NCBI GenBank assembly: GCA_963842525.1
Contig: CAWJGT010000004.1
Location: forward strand, 206,082 to 270,081
From: an uncultured Holophagales bacterium
GTDB lineage: Bacteria; Acidobacteriota; Thermoanaerobaculia; Multivoradales; UBA5704
DNA length: 64,000 bases
Direction of reading: 5' to 3'
A program made the translations under genes and the position numbers. Of this stretch, positions 37,582 through 47,508 are shown piece by piece. The notes beneath the pieces are model-generated. The model saw nothing but the letters and a program-made list of their open reading frames with translations, did no database searches and had not been told where the DNA came from. The first letter of the stretch is position 1; each line of letters starts with the position of its first letter.

Positions 37582-40239
37582 TCAGGCCTCATTCCGCAGC
37601 GCGATCATCGGGTCGACCCGCGTGGCCCGCCAGGCCGGGAGCCAGGAGGACAGCGTGGCGACCGCCATAAGCAGGAGCGGGATGACCGCGAAGGTCACCG
37701 GGTCCGCGGCGGTGACGCCATAGAGCGAGCTGCGCAGCAGGCGTCCGGTCAGGAACGCCAGGACCAGGCCGGCCCCGGCTCCCACCGCCGCCAGCGTCAG
37801 ACCCTGCCGCAGGATCAGCCGCAGCACGCCTTCCCGTTGTGCGCCAAGAGCCATGCGGATTCCGATCTCGTGCGTCCGTTCGGTCACCGCGTAGGAAAGC
37901 ACACCGTACAGGCCGATCGCGGCGAGCACCAGGGCCAGCACTGCGAACAGCCCCAGTAGTGTCAGGTTGAACCGCCGGCCGGCCACCGAGCTGGCGAGCC
38001 GGTCTTCCATGGTGCTGATGTCGAACACCGGCACGTTGCGGTCGAGGGCGAGGATCTCCCGGCGCACCGCGGGAGCGAGCGCGGCGGCATCGCCCTGCGC
38101 ACGCACCTCCAGGGTGCCGGAGGGCAGCGGCTGTTGCAGGTAGGGACGGTACATCTGGAGACGCCGCGAGGTGGTCTCGAGGCCGTCCTGCTTGACGTCG
38201 GGAACCAGGCCGACCACCAAGGCACCGTCGCCCAACGGGCCGCCGGTGAGGCGCCGGCCGAGCGGATCCTCCGAGCCCCAGAGCCGCTTGGCCATGCCTT
38301 CGCTGACGATCGCCACCGGCTGGCCGCCTGCGCTGTCGCTCTCCTGGAAAGCCCGGCCGCGCAGCAGACGGATGCCCATGGTTTGGAAGTAGTCGGGACC
38401 GACCGCGGCGACGCCGATCTCCGGGGCCTGCCCCGGCTCGAACGGCGGACGCCCCTGGGCGTTCATGCCCCGCACGATCATGGAAAAGCCGAGGAGCGGC
38501 AGGGAATCGGAGTAGGCGACCGATTCCACCCCCGGTACCCCGCGCACGCGGCGGGCGAGCTCCTGGAAGAAGGCAGCACGGGAGGCGTCCGACGAGTACC
38601 GCTGTGGATCGAGGTCGAGCCGCAGCGTGAGCAGGCCCTCGGGATCGAAGCCGGGATCGACCGCCTGCAGACGCAGGAAGCTGCGCAGGAGCAGCCCCGC
38701 GCCGATCAGCAGGACCGCGGCGACGGCCACCTCCGCGGCGACGAGGAGACCTCGCGCCACGCCCGAACGGCCGCCGCCCCGCTGCCCCCCTTCCTTGAGC
38801 GGGTCCTGGAGGTCGGGCCGGCTGGCTGCGAGGGCCGGTGCAAGACCGAAGAGCAGGCCGGTCGCCACGGAAAGCCCCAGCGTGAACAGCAGCACGGGAG
38901 CGTCGAGGCCGATCTCGGTCTGGCGGAACACCCCGGCGCCGAGCTCGGCGGGGATCCTGGACACCAAGGGCCGCACCCCTGCGAAGGCCAGCAGCAGGCC
39001 GCACACGCCGCCGAGGACGCCGAGCAGCGTGCTCTCGGTCAGGAGCAGGCGGGCGATGCGCCAACGGTCCGCCCCAAGGGCCGCCCGGACCGCGATCTCC
39101 TGGCGTCGCGCCGTGGCCCGGGCGAGGAGCAGGTTGGCCACGTTGGCGCAGGCGATGAGCAGCACGCATCCGACGGCCCCGAGGAGGAGCAGCAGCTCGA
39201 GGCGGACATCCCCGACCAGCCACTCCCGGACCGGCTTGACCTCGAGCACGGTCTCGGGCAGCCCGGAGGGACCGCCTCCGGGTCCACCGCCCGGTCCGCC
39301 GCGGCGAGGCCCTCCTCCCGGTCCTCCTCGGGGTGGGCCACCAGGCCCTCCAGGACCGCCCGGCCCGCCAACTGCGATGCGGACCATCCGGCCGCCGCCG
39401 CCCGGTCCACCCACTCCAGGCCCACCCTGGGGAGGCTCTCCCGGTCCCGGAACGGCGCCCTCTTGTGCCTGCGGAGCCTCCCGGGCAGCCGCCTCACGCG
39501 CGACCGCCTCGGCCCGCTGGCGGATGCCGTCGAGCTCGGTACGCGCCTGGACCGGCGTGACCCCTGGATTCAGGCGGCCGATCACGTCCACGATCGTCAT
39601 CCGCTGCCGGCCGCGCTCCACTGTCTCGTCGAGCGTCATCGGCACGAGGATTTCGACCTCCGCATCCCGCGGGAAGAGGAAGCCGGGTGGCAGCACGCCC
39701 ACGATGGGATGGACCTGGCCGTCGAGCCGGACCGTCTGTCCGTCCAGCCGGGCACCGGTGCCGAGCAGCCGGGTCCAGAAGCGCTGGGTGACGATGGCCG
39801 CCGGCCCGCCGTTGAGCTTCTCCTCCTGCGGCAGGAAGTTCCGTCCCTGCGCGAGCTGGACTCCGAGGGTCGGCAGGAAGCTCGTCGAGACGCGGCCCAC
39901 GCGGATGCGCTCCGGCTGGTCCTTGCCCTGCAGCGTGAGCCGGGTGGTGTCGAAGGCCGCGACCGAGGAGAGGAGCTGGCTCTGGTCTCTCCAGTCGAGG
40001 TAGTCGGCGCCGGCCGTGAGCTCGAAGGCGGCTTCCGGGACGACGTTCGTCGCCCGCACGAGCCGGTCGGCGTCCCGGTACGGCAGGGGCCGCAGGAGGA
40101 TGGCATGGACGACGCTGAAGATGGCCGTGTTGGCGCCGATGCCCAGAGCCAGCGTGAGGACGGCTACGGCGGTGAAGCCCGGCCGGCCGGCGAGCATCCG
40201 GATGGCCGAACGGAGATCCGACGACAAGCTTCCTGCCAT
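37582..40239 (-). CDS. ADOP/MacB-FtsX-type ABC permease with a Gly/Pro-rich insertion
   Basis: [41 protein letters not shown] and VDPMIALR. Confidence 0.93.
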   Translation of the reverse strand: MAGSLSSDLRSAIRMLAGRPGFTAVAVLTLALGIGANTAIFSVVHAILLRPLPYRDADRLVRATNVVPEAAFELTAGADYLDWRDQSQLLSSVAAFDTTRLTLQGKDQPERIRVGRVSTSFLPTLGVQLAQGRNFLPQEEKLNGGPAAIVTQRFWTRLLGTGARLDGQTVRLDGQVHPIVGVLPPGFLFPRDAEVEILVPMTLDETVERGRQRMTIVDVIGRLNPGVTPVQARTELDGIRQRAEAVAREAAAREAPQAQEGAVPGPGEPPQGGPGVGGPGGGGRMVRIAVGGPGGPGGPGGPPRGGPGGGPRRGGPGGGPGGGPSGLPETVLEVKPVREWLVGDVRLELLLLLGAVGCVLLIACANVANLLLARATARRQEIAVRAALGADRWRIARLLLTESTLLGVLGGVCGLLLAFAGVRPLVSRIPAELGAGVFRQTEIGLDAPVLLFTLGLSVATGLLFGLAPALAASRPDLQDPLKEGGQRGGGRSGVARGLLVAAEVAVAAVLLIGAGLLLRSFLRLQAVDPGFDPEGLLTLRLDLDPQRYSSDASRAAFFQELARRVRGVPGVESVAYSDSLPLLGFSMIVRGMNAQGRPPFEPGQAPEIGVAAVGPDYFQTMGIRLLRGRAFQESDSAGGQPVAIVSEGMAKRLWGSEDPLGRRLTGGPLGDGALVVGLVPDVKQDGLETTSRRLQMYRPYLQQPLPSGTLEVRAQGDAAALAPAVRREILALDRNVPVFDISTMEDRLASSVAGRRFNLTLLGLFAVLALVLAAIGLYGVLSYAVTERTHEIGIRMALGAQREGVLRLILRQGLTLAAVGAGAGLVLAFLTGRLLRSSLYGVTAADPVTFAVIPLLLMAVATLSSWLPAWRATRVDPMIALRNEA

Positions 40240-40328
40240 GAGGTTCCCTCCTCGAAGACCAGAGCGCAGGGAGCGGTGCTCCCTTTGTGGACCTCTAACG
40301 CGTGAGGGGACGGGAAGTTCCGTGCGGA

Positions 40329-40504
40329 GCCCTCACCCCCGGCCCCTCTCCCATCCGCCCTCCCTTCCCCCGGGAGAGGGGAGAAAAGCATGATCGGGAA
40401 ACTTCTGGGTGGGGGCTCCCCTCTCCCGGGCGGGTGTGAGTGCGGATGGGAGAGGGGCCGGGGGTGAGGGGCCAGGGCTCGCGTTGGACTTTCCAGGCAC
40501 CGTC
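40329..40504. repeat. Second, degenerate copy of the MITE/REP element
   Basis: Core nearly identical to 18929-19083. Right end TTTCCAGGCACCGTC|TAA; left terminal repeat not recognisable. Confidence 0.85.
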
Positions 40505-40537
40505 TAAGATAGGCCGATGCGACGGCTCGGTGAAGCC

Positions 40538-41002
40538 ATGACTGGACCCCGACGCGAAGACGTGGAGTCGATCGACGCCATCATCACGGCCATCTACGAT
40601 GTCATCTCCGGTCCGGCAGGGGAGAGGGATTGGGAGCGGGAGCGGTATCTCTTCGCGCCCGGCGCCCACCTGATGCCGGCGCGTCCGCGCCCTGGAGGGG
40701 GACACGGGCTGGAGGTCTTCGACGTCGAAGGCTACATCGCCTCACGAACCCCATACTTCGCGGCCAACAACCTGTACGAGCGCGAGATCGCCCGCCGCGA
40801 GGAGCGCTTCGGCAACATCGTCCATGCCTGGAGCACCTACGAGGCGCGGCACTCGCCCGACGGCGAGCCCGCCTTCCGCGGAATCAACAGCATCCAGCTC
40901 TTCCACGACGGCGAGCGCTGGTGGGTCCTCTCAGTCCTCTGGGACAACGAGCGGGAAGAGAATCCGCTGCCGGAGAAGTACCTGCCAGTTGCCGATGGGT
41001 AG
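40538..41002 (+). CDS. NTF2/SnoaL-like fold hypothetical protein
   Basis: DVESIDAIITAIYDVISGPAG...FGNIVHAWSTYE...RGINSIQL...WD. Start is 40538 or 40517. Confidence 0.75.
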   Translation: MTGPRREDVESIDAIITAIYDVISGPAGERDWERERYLFAPGAHLMPARPRPGGGHGLEVFDVEGYIASRTPYFAANNLYEREIARREERFGNIVHAWSTYEARHSPDGEPAFRGINSIQLFHDGERWWVLSVLWDNEREENPLPEKYLPVADG

Positions 41003-41094
41003 AACGCCGCGTTATGATCTCCCGCGACCGACGGCACGGGTTGACGGTCTCCGACTGGGGCCGCTAATCTCATCTCTGGAGCAAGGAGGACCCG

Positions 41095-41712
41095 ATGGCC
41101 GAGCCGGTGCGACTCATCCTTCCGGAACGCGAAGATGCCCGATCCTGGCCCAGGCAGGGGCAATGGACATATGCCGACTACTGTCTCCTGCCCGACGACG
41201 GGCAGCGCTACGAGGTGATCCGAGGTCATCTATACGTGAGCTCTGCCCCCTCGTTCATTCATCAGCTTACCGTGAAGAGATTGTTCCGAAACCTCGACGG
41301 CTTTGTTGTCAGCCGCCGCCTCGGAGAAGTGCTCACGGCGCCCTTTGATGTCCTGCTCCCGTTCGGCATCGGCACGCCGGTGCAGCCGGATGTCATCTTC
41401 TTCCGCAAGGGGAACGTGCCTCGCATCGATGCCTTGAATTTCCAGGGGGTGCCGGACCTGGTGATCGAGGTCCTTTCACCGAGCACTCGCCGGCTCGACA
41501 GGATCAAGCTCGCTGCCTATCTGGATGCAGGTGTGCCGGAGGTCTGGCACCCCGATCCGAAAGCGCTGACCCTCGTAGTTTATGGCCTGAGCGCCGACCG
41601 CAAGAGCTATGAAGTGGTGTCCCGAGGAGGGGAGGGGGAGTCGGTCGTCTCGCGCATCCTGCCGGGCCTGCGGACCGACGTCAGCGAGATCTTCGCGCCA
41701 CCGTTGGAATAG
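41095..41712 (+). CDS. Uma2-family endonuclease-like protein
   Basis: WTYADY..LPDDGQRYEVI.G, VQPD, PDLVIEVLSPST and K..AY..AGVPEVW. Confidence 0.9.
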   Translation: MAEPVRLILPEREDARSWPRQGQWTYADYCLLPDDGQRYEVIRGHLYVSSAPSFIHQLTVKRLFRNLDGFVVSRRLGEVLTAPFDVLLPFGIGTPVQPDVIFFRKGNVPRIDALNFQGVPDLVIEVLSPSTRRLDRIKLAAYLDAGVPEVWHPDPKALTLVVYGLSADRKSYEVVSRGGEGESVVSRILPGLRTDVSEIFAPPLE

Positions 41713-41720
41713 AGGCGACC

Positions 41721-44705
41721 CTACGCCACCGGCTTCAAATTCATGATCGGCATTTCCGGCCGGGTCCCACCGGCCACGGAGCCTGCGCAGACTCCGTTCC
41801 GCCCGCGGGTCTTGGCCCGGTAGAGCGCGAGGTCGGCTGCCTGAATGAGGGTTTCCGGCCGCTGGCCCTGCTCCGGGATCACGGCGGCGACGCCGAAGCT
41901 TGCGGTGACATGGCCCCGGGGAGTCGCCTCGTGCGGCAGCGCGAGCGCCTCGATCCCCTGGCGGAGCTGCTCGGCGAGCTCCAGCGCGCCGGGGAGGTTG
42001 GTGTCGGGCAGGAGCACCGCGAACTCCTCGCCGCCATACCGTGCGACCAGATCCCCGGGCCGCTTGATGGCCTCGGCCAGATAGCGCGCCAGGGCCTTCA
42101 GGCACAGGTCCCCTTCGGTATGGCCCCGGGTATCGTTCAACAGCTTGAAGTGGTCGAGGTCGAGGAGGACGAAGGCGATCGGCAGGCCCTGCCTCCGGGC
42201 GCGGCTCCATTCCTCCTCCAGCACCTGCTGCAGCCGGCGCCGGTTGGCGATGGCGGTGAGCTCATCCTGGTGCGACAGCTCCTGGAGCCGCGCGTTGGCC
42301 GCTTCGAGGTCGGTGGAGGTCCGGCGCAGCTCCTCGACCGTATGCCGCAGCTCTTCAGTCTGCGCGGTAACCCGGGCCTCCAGCCGCGCCGTCCGCAGGG
42401 CCAGGGTGCGGCTGCGGAGACCGCTGAAGCCGATCATTCCAAGGATCAACAGGAGGGCCCAGAGCGCAATCGCCCAGGACGTCTGGTACCAGGGCGGCAG
42501 GACGCGGAACGGCCACGAGGCCGCTTCGCTCACCTCGCCCAGGGGGCCGACCGTACGCACGTGGAAGGTGTAGTCGTCCGGCGGCAGCCGCGTCAGCTCG
42601 GTGAAGGGCTCCGCCGTGGGCTCGCCCCAGCCGGCATCGAGTGGCTCCAGGCGGGTCTGATAGCGCAGGCCGGCGCGGAAGGAGACCGGTCCGACCTCGA
42701 TCCGCAGGCGCCGCGCGTTCGACGGCAGCTCCGCCGCCGCAGGCGCGACACCCGGAGCGCCGCCGAACAGGACAGAGCCGCCACCCACGGTCATCCGCGA
42801 CAGGAGCGGCGCCGGCAGGGTCTCTCCCTTGCCGCGGATGCTCCCGGCGAAGCGAACGAGCCCATTTTCCGCCGCCAGCCAGACTACGCCGTCCGGCTCG
42901 GCCAGGATTTCGCCGATGCTGCGCACCGGCACCTCGATCGTGCGCGCCTCCGTCTCCCAGCCGTCGCCCTGGCGGACCGCCACAGACGGGGGGCTGGTAT
43001 TCAGCCAGAGGTTTCCCTCGGCGTCCAGGACAGCGAACGAGAATTCCTTGCCGAGAGCCGTAAAGTCCGGATCCTCGGCCAACGTTCCCTTCCGTTCGTC
43101 GAGACGAAACGTCTGCTTGCCGTTCGTCACGATGAGCCGGCTGCCGAGGCGCAGCACGTTCCTTGGCTCGGCCGGTTCGATCCGGCGCACCTGGGAACGC
43201 CCCCTCCGGGGCCATCCTGCCGGGATCTCCACGCGCGCCACGCCGTCGAGCGCGCTGCCCAGCCAGAGAACGCCGTCGTCCCTCTCGATGACCGTGCGCA
43301 CGTCGCTCGGCGCGCCCTCGACCTGTCCTTCCACGCGCCACTCCCGGCCTTCGCGGCGCAGCGCGAAGAGCCCCTTGTCCAATCCTGCCCACACGCGCTC
43401 CGGATCCTTCCGGGAGCGCGCGAGGACGTACACCGTGCTCCCCAGGCCGGGCACCTCGACGGCGTTCCCGTCGCGAAGCCAAACGAGCCCATACGCCGTA
43501 CCGACGAGGAGATCCTCTTCCATGGAGAGCAGGCTCCAGGCCGAGATCTTCACCTCCGGCACCGCGTGCATCCTGAGAGCCGGGCTCCCCGGAGTGGTGG
43601 TGAAGAGGCCGGCCGCGGTGGCGACCCAGAGCTCCCCCTGGTGCCGGGCCATCGAGTAGACGCTCCCCTGGAGCCCCAGACGCCGGTCGATGATCGACAG
43701 GCGCGAAGCGATTTCGATCCGTGCCAGCCCGTTGTTGAGAGCCAGCCAGAGTGCGCCTTCGCGGTCGATCACCGTGCCGTTCACAAAGTCGTCGGACAGC
43801 CCGGCCGACGAATCGATCACCTGATCCACCTCGCCATCCGGCTTCAGGAGCAGGAGGCCGCCCAGGATCGACCCCATCGCCAATCGCCCGTCGGCCAGGC
43901 GGCTTCCCGCGAGAAGCTTTTTCTCCGCGGCCCATCGCGACGCCTCGGGGGCGAACGGCACGCTCCGTCCGTTCTCCAGGAGGAAGAGCCCTTCGCCGCG
44001 GACGGACACGAGCAGCCTCTCCGCGTCCGACGGGCCCGTCGGCAGGATCAGGTCCACGCGCCGGTCGTGATACTCCTCTCCGCCGGGCACCGGCTCGAGG
44101 CGGGACCCGGCCAGCCGGAAGATCCCGGCGCGCGTCCAGACATAGACCGACCTCCCGACGTCGAAGCTCATCGCGTAGGGCCGGTCGCCCGGGAACGTGG
44201 CCACCGTGGTAAACCGGGCCCCGTCCCAGAGCAGAAGCCACCGTGTCGTCATGAAGGCGAAGCCCTCGGGCGTGGGATTGATCCGCATCGCCTGGCCGAG
44301 CTCCCGCTGCTCCGGAGGGAGAAGGCCGACGAGCGACTTGTACCGGAGCGCTCCGTCCGGGCCGGGCGTGAGGAGCCCGACCTCGTCGACGCCGCCGACC
44401 GCCACCTGTCCTCCCGGATTGCTGGCGATCGAGAAGCAGGTGCCTTTCTTCCCGACCGGGATCGTCCGCCACCAGGCGCCGTCGTAGACCAGGGCGCCGC
44501 CGGCGTTGGCCACATAGAGGATGCCTTGCGGATCGCGGGTGATGCCGTAGCTCTGCGTGTACGCGTCGGGAGGAGCGTACGTCTGGATCAGAGGGAATCC
44601 GCGCTCCGCGGTGGAGCGGGGAGCGGCCGCGGCCAGGGGGAGGCAGGCCAGCAGGAGCAGGCCGGCGAGAGAGCCGATGCAACGCGGACGGAAGCCAGGG
44701 CGCAT
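41721..44705 (-). CDS. Membrane diguanylate cyclase with a periplasmic beta-propeller/Y_Y_Y sensor
   Basis: Signal peptide, propeller repeats, VLPPWYQT + TM, coiled coil, DLDHFK..ND..GH..GD, RPGD I-site and RYGGEEF. Confidence 0.93.
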   Translation of the reverse strand: MRPGFRPRCIGSLAGLLLLACLPLAAAAPRSTAERGFPLIQTYAPPDAYTQSYGITRDPQGILYVANAGGALVYDGAWWRTIPVGKKGTCFSIASNPGGQVAVGGVDEVGLLTPGPDGALRYKSLVGLLPPEQRELGQAMRINPTPEGFAFMTTRWLLLWDGARFTTVATFPGDRPYAMSFDVGRSVYVWTRAGIFRLAGSRLEPVPGGEEYHDRRVDLILPTGPSDAERLLVSVRGEGLFLLENGRSVPFAPEASRWAAEKKLLAGSRLADGRLAMGSILGGLLLLKPDGEVDQVIDSSAGLSDDFVNGTVIDREGALWLALNNGLARIEIASRLSIIDRRLGLQGSVYSMARHQGELWVATAAGLFTTTPGSPALRMHAVPEVKISAWSLLSMEEDLLVGTAYGLVWLRDGNAVEVPGLGSTVYVLARSRKDPERVWAGLDKGLFALRREGREWRVEGQVEGAPSDVRTVIERDDGVLWLGSALDGVARVEIPAGWPRRGRSQVRRIEPAEPRNVLRLGSRLIVTNGKQTFRLDERKGTLAEDPDFTALGKEFSFAVLDAEGNLWLNTSPPSVAVRQGDGWETEARTIEVPVRSIGEILAEPDGVVWLAAENGLVRFAGSIRGKGETLPAPLLSRMTVGGGSVLFGGAPGVAPAAAELPSNARRLRIEVGPVSFRAGLRYQTRLEPLDAGWGEPTAEPFTELTRLPPDDYTFHVRTVGPLGEVSEAASWPFRVLPPWYQTSWAIALWALLLILGMIGFSGLRSRTLALRTARLEARVTAQTEELRHTVEELRRTSTDLEAANARLQELSHQDELTAIANRRRLQQVLEEEWSRARRQGLPIAFVLLDLDHFKLLNDTRGHTEGDLCLKALARYLAEAIKRPGDLVARYGGEEFAVLLPDTNLPGALELAEQLRQGIEALALPHEATPRGHVTASFGVAAVIPEQGQRPETLIQAADLALYRAKTRGRNGVCAGSVAGGTRPEMPIMNLKPVA

Positions 44706-45008
44706 AGGAATCAGGACTCGAACCCGGAGTCTACTCTCGCTCTAGAGTGTCGGGGAAGGCGAGAACGTTTCGCGAGGCGTTAGAATCCCGCAGCCGTCCC
44801 TGCCTGGCGGCCATGCAATGAGCCTCGAAGACGTCGACCTGGCCCTCCGTGAGGAGTTCCCCTTCCTGCACAGCGGCGATCCGACCCGTTGTCGAATCGC
44901 GAAACTTCGATTACGCTTCTCCGGGTCGGGAGGTCCCGGCTCGTAGAAGTATCTCGAACGCCCCGGTTCCAGATTGGATGAAATGGTAGGGTACGCTAAA
45001 CTATTGAT

Positions 45009-45500
45009 ATGACCATCGAAGACGAGGTACGCCGGGCTACCAAGCTGCTCGAGACCGTCATGCAGGCGGCCGGGCTCACCCGCAAGGATCTCGACCAGCG
45101 CCTTGGCGCCGGTCCAGGCTATATCAGCCAGGTCCTCACCGGCAGGATGGAGCTGAAGTTCCGCCACGTCCTGGCCATCCTTCGCGCTCTCGACGTAGAT
45201 CCCGGTATCTTCTTCCAGACCCTCTATCCCGACTCCCGCCCGGTCAGCGACCAGGCCGTGATGGAGGAGTTCCTGCGCCGGTTCCAGCGCCTCGGCTTCA
45301 ATAGCAGCGGCCCGGTGCCGCCGTCTCCTCCGGCTCCCGCCGCGTCCTCGTCGCCTGTAAAGCCGACCGTCGACCCCGGGGAGCTCGAGCGCCTGGTCCG
45401 CAAGGCCGTGCGGGAGGCTCTGTCCGACGAGGATCTGCAGCAGGACAGGGGGGAGTCGAACGTGCCTGAAGGCGACAAGCCGAGACGAAATCGGGGCTGA
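45009..45500 (+). CDS. XRE-family HTH protein
   Basis: GLTRKDLDQRLGAGPGYISQVLTGRMELKFRHVLAIL, Pro-rich linker and short C-terminal helix. Confidence 0.85.
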   Translation: MTIEDEVRRATKLLETVMQAAGLTRKDLDQRLGAGPGYISQVLTGRMELKFRHVLAILRALDVDPGIFFQTLYPDSRPVSDQAVMEEFLRRFQRLGFNSSGPVPPSPPAPAASSSPVKPTVDPGELERLVRKAVREALSDEDLQQDRGESNVPEGDKPRRNRG

Positions 45501-45538
45501 CGAGAGCTAGAGGCCCCACGCGATGAGGAGTGCGGAGC

Positions 45539-46885
45539 CTACTTCCGCCGCGCGGGCTCGAGGCGCTCGAGCTCGGCGGCGACGGCTTGGAGCAGCGCTA
45601 CAGTGGCCTGCTGCTTTTCGCAGGCCTCGCGCAGCATGAGAAGCGCGCCGATGGCCTCGCGCCGCATCTTGCGTGCCCGGAAGATCGCCACGGTCTGGTC
45701 GATCAGCTCCCGGATCTCGCAGGTCCGGTCCTGGCGCAGCCAAACCGCCGCGAGGTCGAGCGCGACGAGGGCGGCTTCGCAGGGGAGCTCGCCCCTCTCG
45801 AAGCCGGCCCGCACTTCGAGGAACGCCTCCTCGGCCCTAGCGTCGTCCCCCAGGGCCGCCGCGATCCGGCCTTCCACCCAGCGGGCCTTGAGCTGCTCGA
45901 AGCGCTCGCCGTACGCCGCATAGAGCTCGCGGCTGAGGTCGATCAGCTTGCTTGCCTCGGCGAAGCGCGAGCCGTCGACGAGGAAGTTGATGAGGCTGTG
46001 CACGCCGACCAGGACGAGCCCCGGATCGCGCCGGGGATCGATCAGGCGCAACCCCTCGCCGATCAGGCGGATGGCCGCGTCGGCGTCCAGCGCGTAGCCG
46101 GCCGAAATACCCTTGCTGATCAAGGTCCGTCCGGCCCAGTGCTCGTCGCCTTGTGCCAGGTAGATCGCATGGGTCCAGTCGAGGAGCCGAAAGGCTTCGT
46201 CGAAGCGGCGCTGGCCGGTGTAGACGGAGGCGCTGAGGTCCATGATGCGGGCGAGGAGCAGCGGGTCTCCCGTGCCCAGTCCGGCCCGCTCGAGGGCGCG
46301 GGCGAGGTCGGTCTCCGCACCGGGCAGGTCGCCCGCCACGCGGCGGGTGTTGCCGAGCTCGGCCAGAGCGCGGGCCTGGAGGTCGACGATGGCCCCGGCC
46401 TCTTCGGCGGTCTCCGCGGTGAGGCGCTCCGCGACGGTCACCGCCAGCCGCGCCAGGAGCACGGCGCCCTCGGGGTCGTTGTGGCGCAGGCTCCGGCACT
46501 GCTCCAGGAACGTCTCGCAGCGCAGCCGGTCGCGCGCGCTCCGTGCGGCGGGGGAGAGGGGAGCCGGCGGTGGGACTTCCCGCGGCCGGGCCTGCTCGTG
46601 CCGCGCCTCGTCCCGCTCCTGGACACGGGCCGCTGCGAGCCGCCGGACGGCGGCGAAGGCCCGGAAGAGGGGAAAGTCGTACTCCGTGCCACTGCCGGCG
46701 GCAGGCTCGGGAAGAGTGCCACGGCCGAACACCACCCTCGCGAGGGGGGCCATCTGCTCCTTGCAGGCCGCGCAGCCGGCGAGCAGGTGGACGACGATGG
46801 GAACCGCCTCGCGGGGCGTCAGACCTCCCCGCAGAAAACGGTCCAGCGCCGCGGGGGTGGGGTGCTCACGGTCTCCTCCGGCCAT
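45539..46885 (-). CDS. TPR protein with an N-terminal HLLxGCxxC (zf-HC2-like) domain
   Basis: HPTPAALDRF...VHLLAGCAAC, AELGNTRRVAGDL, RWVEGRIA, EAALVALDLA; GGAGG RBS. Confidence 0.85.
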   Translation of the reverse strand: MAGGDREHPTPAALDRFLRGGLTPREAVPIVVHLLAGCAACKEQMAPLARVVFGRGTLPEPAAGSGTEYDFPLFRAFAAVRRLAAARVQERDEARHEQARPREVPPPAPLSPAARSARDRLRCETFLEQCRSLRHNDPEGAVLLARLAVTVAERLTAETAEEAGAIVDLQARALAELGNTRRVAGDLPGAETDLARALERAGLGTGDPLLLARIMDLSASVYTGQRRFDEAFRLLDWTHAIYLAQGDEHWAGRTLISKGISAGYALDADAAIRLIGEGLRLIDPRRDPGLVLVGVHSLINFLVDGSRFAEASKLIDLSRELYAAYGERFEQLKARWVEGRIAAALGDDARAEEAFLEVRAGFERGELPCEAALVALDLAAVWLRQDRTCEIRELIDQTVAIFRARKMRREAIGALLMLREACEKQQATVALLQAVAAELERLEPARRK

Positions 46886-46954
46886 CCCGATTCCCTCCTG
46901 AGCTTCAAATGAGACCGCCTCATTGTCGCACAGAACGTGGTGGACGCCGGAAGA

Positions 46955-47272
46955 TCAGCGCCGGCCGTTGGGATCGAGAGCCGGACCGTAGTCTCTGCCA
47001 GAAGCCTGAAGGGACTCCGGCTCTCCGACTCCATCATGGGAGACATCGGCTGTGGGCGCGGCGCTCACCTGGCTCTGCCCGAGCAGACCGCCCCCGCTCC
47101 AGATCTGCCCAATCCATTGCGAGAGCCCGGACAGCCATCCGATCTCGACGCTCTCGATGGCCGGCGAGGCCCCCTCGCCCTGCGGAGCGGCCGACGCCGG
47201 CATGCCCGTCAGGCAGAGCACGGCGGCCAGGACGAAGGCGGGGGTCAGGGAGCGAAACGTCTTGTACCGCAT
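46955..47272 (-). CDS. Small secreted protein (105 aa) ending in DYGPALDPNGRR; candidate peptide precursor
   Basis: GAGGAGGAG RBS, Sec signal peptide ending ASA, WLSGLSQWIGQIW amphipathic segment, low-complexity spacer and terminal GxxxDPNG. Confidence 0.75.
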   Translation of the reverse strand: MRYKTFRSLTPAFVLAAVLCLTGMPASAAPQGEGASPAIESVEIGWLSGLSQWIGQIWSGGGLLGQSQVSAAPTADVSHDGVGEPESLQASGRDYGPALDPNGRR

Positions 47273-47508
47273 GGATCTCCTCCTCTCCGCGAGCCAACGG
47301 GAGCCTCCATGGAGCCCGTGCTCGCGGAAGTAAACGGATTATGGAGCTAGATTTCACTAGATTCTCAAGCATCCATCTGGAAATAACCTTTCGAAAGAAG
47401 AGTAGCATGTGGTGGCGCACCCCAGACCTGGCGAGGAGAGGGGATCTGCGGCAAAAGATCTCGGGAGCCGCCCTCTCCAAGACGGACTCGGAGACGGCTT
47501 TCACCGCC

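Noticed and set aside
18894-40504. Composite transposon bounded by the two MITE-like copies
   Set aside because: The copies are 21 kb apart around ordinary chromosomal genes, the second lacks a left terminal repeat, and no transposase is present.
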